The notes under the pieces: generated by a model
The model's input: the letters and a program-made list of their open reading frames with translations, nothing else
The model's database searches: none
Told to the model about the DNA's origin: nothing
In this document: positions 57,641 to 64,000 of the stretch, in pieces
Layout: every line of letters begins with the position of its first letter
Numbering within the stretch: position 1 is the stretch's first letter
Source: a virus
Strand: one strand, 5' to 3'
Virus record (IMG/VR): IMGVR_UViG_3300027973_000044
Location: 1 to 64,000 of that record
DNA length: 64,000 bases
Translations under genes and position numbers: made by a program

Positions 57641-58726
57641 ATGGCCATTATACCGGTATCCGCTTTGAAGGATGCATTTGCAGATGGAGACACACCTGAC
57701 TCAAATGATTTTATCAATTTAATTGACACCACATGTGCTCTGCCTTCTGCAACCAACAGTAACATTGGATCCACTTACACAACAAACTTGACTCTCGTGC
57801 AAGGCATGACCGGGATCCCTGTGGTAATAAACGGTAGCACCTACTATCTTCCTGTGTTCACCACTTATGTGGCTCCAGATCAAGCAGCTTATACAGCCAC
57901 TGTGAGGCAGACCTATTCAAATGCAGTCTTGGCAGAAACTGTGGGTGCAAGATGTGCCACATTCATACAGAGCGTTTGCGGATATGCGCCAGGTGATGTT
58001 GTCACAGCAGCCTGCATATGTTCAGATGATAAAAATGCTCCCATCTTCCCCAACAATACATTTGGTCAATACCCCACATCATTGCAACAATTTTCTGGAC
58101 CATTTTTTGCTGGTGGCATTGGTGGTTATCCCTTCCCAGGCATTGTGGGTCTGTTTGCATGGATGAGCCATGTGACCACACCAGGTGCATTGTTTATCTA
58201 TGTGCATCCCCACATTGGCATTACTCAGAGTGGACAAGTGGGATTCATGAAGCGCAGAGGGCAGCAGGGCAATCTGTCTCAAACTTGTGGTGCAGTTAAT
58301 GCAGCACAAGCCAGAATTGTTGGTACACTTAGTGCGACTCCTCCAACTTTTCCAAGTGCAGAATTCACCATCAATGATTTCCAACAATTCACCTTGGTGA
58401 ATGCACTGTATTCTAACCGAACCACCCGCAATGCATTGACAGCAGCTGCTCCGTTGCAGGGTGGCACATATGGCCAGAGAATGAAGATAGCCACTGATGC
58501 CATTCTGGTTGCAGCATTGAGTGCAGTGGAAACAATTTTACCCATATCTTATGGTGCTTTCTTTCAAGGTGAAAACACAGTGGATGTGTTTGTGCATGCA
58601 GGCACATTCATCAATGTGGACGATGGGTACAGTGCTTACATAGACACCATTGCATTCAAGAAATACAATCCAGTCACACAGACATTCACCACCCTCACCA
58701 GCGCTTTCACAGCAGCTTTTGCCTAG
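57641..58726 (+). CDS. LCIB/LCIC-family (theta-class) carbonic anhydrase domain fused to a structural-type N-terminal segment
   Basis: CICSDD, F.AGGIGGYPFPG..G..A..SHV, LFIYVHPHIGI...GQVG...RRGQ....S.TCGA (Cys/His/Cys Zn ligands of the LCIB family); N-terminus LKDAFADGDTPDSNDFINLIDT. Confidence 0.75.
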   Translation: MAIIPVSALKDAFADGDTPDSNDFINLIDTTCALPSATNSNIGSTYTTNLTLVQGMTGIPVVINGSTYYLPVFTTYVAPDQAAYTATVRQTYSNAVLAETVGARCATFIQSVCGYAPGDVVTAACICSDDKNAPIFPNNTFGQYPTSLQQFSGPFFAGGIGGYPFPGIVGLFAWMSHVTTPGALFIYVHPHIGITQSGQVGFMKRRGQQGNLSQTCGAVNAAQARIVGTLSATPPTFPSAEFTINDFQQFTLVNALYSNRTTRNALTAAAPLQGGTYGQRMKIATDAILVAALSAVETILPISYGAFFQGENTVDVFVHAGTFINVDDGYSAYIDTIAFKKYNPVTQTFTTLTSAFTAAFA

Positions 58727-58785
58727 TCCGCATAATCTAGATCCCCAGCAGTAGCAGATTGTATGTATTGAGCTAAATTATTGTA

Positions 58786-59394
58786 TTGAAATTTAAAGAT
58801 ATATTTGTATTTGAAAAGCGGTTGGCAGAGTTCGCCGGTGCACCATTTGCTGTTTCCACATGTTGTTGTACACATGCACTAGAACTATGCTTCCGTATTC
58901 TAAAACCCAATTATGTAGAGTTTTCATGTCATACCTACATGGGAATCATCATGATGCTCAAAAATTTACATGTTCCCTTTCGAATGATTAACGATCAATG
59001 GCAGGGTGAATATAATTTTCGCAATAGCCCCATATGGGACTGTGCCAGGAAGTTTGTACCTAACATGTATGTGTCAGGATCTTACAAATGCGTTAGTTTT
59101 GGTGAAAACAAACCTCTTGATCTTGGCCGTGGGGGTGCAATTCTCCTGGATAATGAACAACACTACAAGCTTCTAACCATGTTAAAATTTGATGGCAAAG
59201 ATGTACAATATGAGCCATGGATAGATCAACAATATTTTGATGTGGGGTATCACTACAAGATGAATAACCGCGAATGCATTGTTGGTTTAGACAAACTTAA
59301 TGAATTCATAACCAAAGGTGACTTCTCTTATTCCCATACACCATATAGAGACTGTCGCAGAATGATAGTCAAAGGCATGCCACTGTTTACATGA
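58786..59394 (+). CDS. Short DegT/DnrJ-family PLP-dependent sugar aminotransferase-like protein
   Basis: FEKRLAEF.GAPFAV...CTHALEL, WDCA, SFGENKPL..GRGGAIL (PLP Lys), GYHYKM; about 200 aa, lacks the usual C-terminal domain. Confidence 0.7.
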   Translation: MKFKDIFVFEKRLAEFAGAPFAVSTCCCTHALELCFRILKPNYVEFSCHTYMGIIMMLKNLHVPFRMINDQWQGEYNFRNSPIWDCARKFVPNMYVSGSYKCVSFGENKPLDLGRGGAILLDNEQHYKLLTMLKFDGKDVQYEPWIDQQYFDVGYHYKMNNRECIVGLDKLNEFITKGDFSYSHTPYRDCRRMIVKGMPLFT

Positions 59395-60260
59395 AGATAG
59401 ATTACGTATTTTCGTTTGCTAATCATTTTTATAAAGAGCTCTACAAGCAGCATTTTGATTGCGCTCTTATTAATCCGCGCAATGTTCATGAGCTACAGTC
59501 TGTGGATACAGCAAAGAATATTATATTTTTATTTGGAGACCCATACACTCTCAACTATATCAATAGGAGCAATCTTTCTGGCAAGAATATAATGTTTTTA
59601 AGACGGCATGAGTTCTATGAAAATAATTTTGCATTGCTTCAAAAAAACCGTGTTAAGATTCAGCATTTTTTTACTTTAAATTCTTTCTTTCAAAACAAAT
59701 TAAGAGACTCATACGGTATTGAGTCCACCATAGAGAAAAATTATCTGGATGAACAGCTATGGACATACAAAGGAAGAGGCCATGGCAAAGAGATTGCTTG
59801 GGTGGGTGAATTTCAGCAACGCAAATCACCAGATTATTTGAGTGAATTATTGTCTTGTTTGCCGGATTATAACATCCATTGTGCCATTTCACCAGGTCCC
59901 TCGAAACAACTGTATGTAGATTTTCTACAAAACCATAATCATAGCAATTTATTCCTGCATGATGATATTAATACTCAAGAGAAAATGAACAAATGGTTGG
60001 ATGATAAAAACTATTTGGTAACCACATCCATATCAGAGGGCTTGCCTAATAATGTCCTGGAGGCTCTGGCCAAAGGTATTAAGCCCGTAGTAAGAGATTA
60101 CCCTGGCAATATATTTCATAAATTTGCATATGAAAATATTTCTCAATTGAAATTGCACTTATCCGGTGAATACAATTCACTAGAATATCGGCACATGATT
60201 GAAGAGCATTATGGATTAAAGCATTTTCTAGACTTTAGAGACAAGGTTATTGAGCTCTAA
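59391..60260 (+). CDS. GT-B (GT4/GT1-like) glycosyltransferase
   Basis: IAWVG.FQQRK, TSISEGLPNNVLEALAKGIKPV (EX7E motif). Confidence 0.8.
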   Translation: MKIDYVFSFANHFYKELYKQHFDCALINPRNVHELQSVDTAKNIIFLFGDPYTLNYINRSNLSGKNIMFLRRHEFYENNFALLQKNRVKIQHFFTLNSFFQNKLRDSYGIESTIEKNYLDEQLWTYKGRGHGKEIAWVGEFQQRKSPDYLSELLSCLPDYNIHCAISPGPSKQLYVDFLQNHNHSNLFLHDDINTQEKMNKWLDDKNYLVTTSISEGLPNNVLEALAKGIKPVVRDYPGNIFHKFAYENISQLKLHLSGEYNSLEYRHMIEEHYGLKHFLDFRDKVIEL

Positions 60261-61215
60261 CAAAGGACTTTTGTATCTTCATGTCAAAGAGGTGCGGGCA
60301 TGCAGTCTTGGGGCATACAATTGGTGAATCAAATAGTTTGATTCTTAGGTTTGGATTCTCTTGAAGATTGCCAAAATATCTCTGTCGGCAACAAGCGCCC
60401 CAGATGGAACCATCTTCTTTGATGTTAAGAGCATTTTTGCCTGCGTTACAGAAAATGCCTCTGAAGTTGTGAAAGTTATTTGCTAATATCTCCTGGCCGT
60501 CAAATGGGGTCTTTCTGCCATCAAAATATTCAACCTCTATTCTATCATTTTCAAAATTATATTTTCTATTGGATGGATTGTGCTTGATGAAATCTATTTG
60601 CTCTTGATTGTAAAGTGGAGTAAAGTGTCTTTTGTAATCATTAACATCAAGAACTCCTTTGTTATTGACAGTGATACCGTCTATTTTGAAGAACTCTTTT
60701 GATGCCTCTATTGCTACGTCCCAATGTTCAGGGTCCATCAACACATGCAATTCAATATGCTTTTTCTTTTTTAAAAATATTTCAAAGATGCTTTTGAAGT
60801 GATCTATGTTTGCATACCTTGGGTGAAAGCTTGGATACAGAATATCAATCAAATCTACAGCTTTAGACCAGAATTCTAAATTATTACCCAGATTTGTATT
60901 CATTGCCACCAGAAAGTTAATGGATCTCAGGTATGACATCACTTCTTCAACTCCTTTATAGAAACTGGGCTCACCTCCAGTGAGGGTTATCTTTCTTTGA
61001 GGCTTGGATTGTATGCAGGGGTTATCTTTATATAAGTTATCAAAGAAATTTATATATATTTCAGAAGAAATATGCGGAAACATACCTTTGTGAAGAACAG
61101 GGGGGCAGTAATTGCATCGTTGATTGCATAGATTATTAATTACAAAATTAATTGCAAAGATGTCATTGGTGATGCCTTTGATGATGGGTTGGTTAATATG
61201 GTTTTGCATGTTCAC
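60247..61215 (-). CDS. Radical SAM protein with a SPASM/twitch-like C-terminus
   Basis: CNQRCNYC, LTGGEP, NTNL, SFHP, CNAG...I.EDG.I..ACC, CPKTACP. Confidence 0.88.
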   Translation of the reverse strand: MNMQNHINQPIIKGITNDIFAINFVINNLCNQRCNYCPPVLHKGMFPHISSEIYINFFDNLYKDNPCIQSKPQRKITLTGGEPSFYKGVEEVMSYLRSINFLVAMNTNLGNNLEFWSKAVDLIDILYPSFHPRYANIDHFKSIFEIFLKKKKHIELHVLMDPEHWDVAIEASKEFFKIDGITVNNKGVLDVNDYKRHFTPLYNQEQIDFIKHNPSNRKYNFENDRIEVEYFDGRKTPFDGQEILANNFHNFRGIFCNAGKNALNIKEDGSIWGACCRQRYFGNLQENPNLRIKLFDSPIVCPKTACPHLFDMKIQKSFVRAQ

Positions 61216-61999
61216 ACTTCCAGCACAATGTATTGGATTTATTGTTACTCAATGAATTTACGATATGTTTATAAGTTTCAGAATTAACAACTTCTTCGTA
61301 GGAGCTTTCTATTAGATTGCCTATCTTATGCTCCAAACTCCAGTCCATGCAACAAAGATACACATCTCCATTTGGTAATAAAACGTGTTGTTTGATTTTG
61401 TTTGTAGAGCATCTTATGGCCATATTTGCGGTGTTATCTATTTTTTTAAAGCTATCAACATTACCAGCTCTACTATTCCATCTGAAGTAATCAGGGGTTA
61501 GAAAGGAGATTTTTGCTCGGGTTTTTACTAGTAAGGGTTGTATTGAAGGGTGTGGCTCTTTTCCAAAGAAAACTATTGCATCGCTATTCTCTAGGATTTG
61601 CAGACATTTTTCAACATTATGAATATAATTATCATCAATTACTAAGTTCATTGAATTATCATTAACCGGCAAATGCAAGATAATGTTATCATACTCTCGA
61701 TTCAGAATTGTATTAATATTATCCTGGGACGCTTTATAGAGGGTTGTAGATATTCTTGTGTAATGCCCTCTGCTTCTGCAGAGGGCCACCATCTTGAAAC
61801 AATCTTTATGAAAGAAAGGTTCAGAGAACCCTGTAAAATGTATTCTTGTAGAGATTGGCAGTTTGGTTAAAACGTGACTAAAATTTTCTAAAGATAGCTT
61901 CTTTATATGAGAATTGTATTTAAATAAAAAAGAATCTTGTGGGCAATAAGAGCATTTTATGCTGCACCCCGCTATAGTGGTTATCTCTAATGCATCCAT
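61193..61999 (-). CDS. Radical SAM / SPASM protein
   Basis: CSIKCSYCPQ, FTGFSEP, SRAGN, C...LPNGDVYLCCMDW...IGNL, C.KCE; start refined to ATG 61999. Confidence 0.88.
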   Translation of the reverse strand: MDALEITTIAGCSIKCSYCPQDSFLFKYNSHIKKLSLENFSHVLTKLPISTRIHFTGFSEPFFHKDCFKMVALCRSRGHYTRISTTLYKASQDNINTILNREYDNIILHLPVNDNSMNLVIDDNYIHNVEKCLQILENSDAIVFFGKEPHPSIQPLLVKTRAKISFLTPDYFRWNSRAGNVDSFKKIDNTANMAIRCSTNKIKQHVLLPNGDVYLCCMDWSLEHKIGNLIESSYEEVVNSETYKHIVNSLSNNKSNTLCWKCEHAKPY

Positions 62000-62013
62000 A
62001 TATAATATGATAT

Positions 62014-62709
62014 ATGCCCAATATTGTTTTACTAGCAATTAGTTACCGATCTGGTTCTAATTGTCTTAGATCAATATTGGACCAGAATAACGACATATCT
62101 GCTAAAGGTGAAATATTTAGGCCTTATTTTAAGTTGAACAATGTTAATCGTGACAGTCTTCTGGGTGAGATTGACACACGTCTGAATAGATTTAGACACA
62201 GGGAAGACAAAAATAAAGTTTTCTTATATACCAGTGTTGTTGATGAGATATTGAAGCTAGAAGAATATGACTTGATCCGCAGCATTTTACCTGACAAATC
62301 AATCTTTCTATATCGGGAAGATCTCTTGGAACAGTACTGTTCAGTCAAGGTGGGGAGTGTGACAGGTGTATACCAGGACACAGAGCAATCCAAACAAGAA
62401 AAACAAAAAATAAGAATAGAGTTTAATCTTAATGAATATTTGAATTTTGTTGCCAGAATGAATCGTCATAGAGACTTCTTTGTTGCCTTTTATAAGAAAT
62501 ATAAGATAAACTATATTACTGTAGAATACAAGAGCATATTGAAGCGAATAGAGGAAATATTTAAATTTTTAGGTTTAGACTATAAAGGCGAATTACCGAC
62601 TACTATTAAATCTGAAAGTCGATCATTGCACGAAATTATAATTAATTTTAAAGATGTTCCTACTAATATGAATCATAAGCTAGTAGTTGATGACATTATT
62701 CCTGCTTAA
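62014..62709 (+). CDS. Sulfotransferase (Stf0/LpsS-like)
   Basis: 5'-PSB RSGSN.L...LDQ...I...GEIF, LYREDLLEQYCS, VEY, F.FLGL, I.NF. Confidence 0.75.
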   Translation: MPNIVLLAISYRSGSNCLRSILDQNNDISAKGEIFRPYFKLNNVNRDSLLGEIDTRLNRFRHREDKNKVFLYTSVVDEILKLEEYDLIRSILPDKSIFLYREDLLEQYCSVKVGSVTGVYQDTEQSKQEKQKIRIEFNLNEYLNFVARMNRHRDFFVAFYKKYKINYITVEYKSILKRIEEIFKFLGLDYKGELPTTIKSESRSLHEIIINFKDVPTNMNHKLVVDDIIPA

Positions 62710-63588
62710 TGTTCTTCTGTCAATGGGGCAAACCTTGCAGATATCGTTTTGCTTTCTGTTTGCTAGAATTTTAGCAAAAAAATCTTTTGATTTTTCTGAA
62801 TTGAATATCTCACTAATAGTTTGTTTGTTTGCGTTGCCTATTATTACTTGTCCTTGGTAATCATGGCAACATGGATTACATTCACCATTCCAATTTATAA
62901 CAAATGAACCAGAAAAAATTGAGCAACTATTGGGTATTTCTTCGGTAACTTTTTGTTGTGTTTGTTTATTAATTTGTTCTGTTTCAGTATATTCTGCCAT
63001 ATTAAAATTAGGCAGCTTGTAATATATGTTATCGTATAACCCTGAGAATTTATTTTTAATATTGATCAGATCTTGTGTATTGTAAGAAAATAAAACTGTT
63101 TGTATCTTTATTTTGGGTCGAGAAGGCATGTCACCATATTTGTCGAAATAGTATTTCATTCCTTCGTGTATCTTGTCTAGATCTACACCCTTTCTGTATG
63201 TTGCATTTAATTCTTTGGTTGACCCATCAATACTAACAACACACTCATTCAGCTTGCTCTTGGCTAGTAAGTCTATATCTTCTTGTTTGTAGAAGACTAA
63301 CCCGTTTGTGGATGTCCTGTGGTACACATTCTCTGGGATCATTTGATAGAGCTGGGACCACCTGGGGTGCAGAAAAGGCTCTCCATAATTGAAAGAGACT
63401 ATTTGCACCTTGTGATTCAATTCTCTTACCTCATTCATTATTTTTTGAAATAATTCATTGGAAATGAACCCTTTTTTTCTATCCAAAGAATCAGAGCCTG
63501 TAGGACATAGGGGGCATTTGGCATTACACGTGTTGGTAAGCTCTATCATTATGGAGCTAAGATGTCTATTCATATACGGGATGAACAA
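62680..63588 (-). CDS. Radical SAM / SPASM protein
   Basis: IELTNTCNAKCPLC, YGEPFLHP, STNG, SIDG, C.....INWNGECNPCCHD...IGN, CKVC. Confidence 0.9.
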   Translation of the reverse strand: MFIPYMNRHLSSIMIELTNTCNAKCPLCPTGSDSLDRKKGFISNELFQKIMNEVRELNHKVQIVSFNYGEPFLHPRWSQLYQMIPENVYHRTSTNGLVFYKQEDIDLLAKSKLNECVVSIDGSTKELNATYRKGVDLDKIHEGMKYYFDKYGDMPSRPKIKIQTVLFSYNTQDLINIKNKFSGLYDNIYYKLPNFNMAEYTETEQINKQTQQKVTEEIPNSCSIFSGSFVINWNGECNPCCHDYQGQVIIGNANKQTISEIFNSEKSKDFFAKILANRKQNDICKVCPIDRRTLSRNNVINY

Positions 63589-64000
63589 ATTTATGTTCTT
63601 TTAATTTTAGTTTTGCTTCTTTTTCATCTATAAATTCATCATAAAAATAACGAGCCCTTCCTTTCATATAAATTATAGAATAAAATTCAGCATGATCATA
63701 TAGCTCTATGTTGAGATCTTGGCAAGCTATGCCCATGAGCAATTCCGTTGACAGCATATATTCACCAGGTAGCCCTCTCGCTAGAAAACTGCTTATTCTA
63801 CTTGTTAGAAATTTATCGTCTTCAAAGTACTTTGCCGTTTTAAATGTCTGTATCACATTGGATCCAATTCCAAAGATTCCATTTTGTATGAATTTGGGTC
63901 GTATTAAATTTATGGGCACCTCACCATCGTAAATCCTTCTATCAAGAGTAGATTTGAATAGAGTTCCAAACACAGTATTCTTTAACTCATTATGTAGCTT
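63566..64000 (-). CDS. Hypothetical protein, partial (frame open to the window end)
   Basis: No stop codon between 63973 and 64000 in this frame. Confidence 0.55.
   Translation of the reverse strand, partial: KLHNELKNTVFGTLFKSTLDRRIYDGEVPINLIRPKFIQNGIFGIGSNVIQTFKTAKYFEDDKFLTSRISSFLARGLPGEYMLSTELLMGIACQDLNIELYDHAEFYSIIYMKGRARYFYDEFIDEKEAKLKLKEHKFVHPVYE

Noticed and set aside
1-64000. Stop-codon reassignment
   Set aside because: Core genes are full length in the standard code, and TAA, TAG and TGA all end genes at sensible positions
1-64000. tRNA or rRNA genes
   Set aside because: Intergenic gaps are nearly all under 100 nt and none showed a cloverleaf by eye; tRNAscan was not run

Overview
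This is a 64 kb AT-rich segment of a large T4-like (myovirus-type, contractile-tail) dsDNA phage genome. It uses the standard genetic code, and I saw no tRNA, CRISPR array, integrase or transposase. Order: (1) 1-13.4 kb, replication/recombination genes (UvsX C-terminus, gp41 helicase, gp32 SSB, gp45 clamp, gp61 primase), interleaved with a cytidylyltransferase, a divergent QueC plus class-II glutamine amidotransferase, a GT2-like protein and an RmlD-like reductase. (2) 13.4-33.4 kb, gp14, terminase gp17, gp3, sheath, tube, baseplate genes, an inverted gp16, dUTPase and clamp loader gp44. (3) 33.4-52.5 kb, large baseplate/fibre adhesin-like proteins (PKD, beta-propellers, InlB-B-like repeats, L-lectin+FG-GAP, LamG, RCC1 repeats). 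(4) 52.5-57.5 kb, gp13, gp4, gp21, gp22 and the gp23 capsid. (5) 57.6-64 kb, a late-promoter-driven LCIB/theta-type carbonic anhydrase fusion, followed by a DegT / GT4 / three radical SAM-SPASM / sulfotransferase cluster. Highlights: the putative virion-linked theta-CA; a QueC lacking most Zn ligands next to a Gat; promoters of both classes a few nt from start codons (apparently leaderless mRNAs); in-frame internal late promoters giving nested isoforms; and a DNA-homogenised RCC1 propeller with hypervariable loops inserted into a tail-fibre domain. All calls come from motif recognition by eye; no searches were run.
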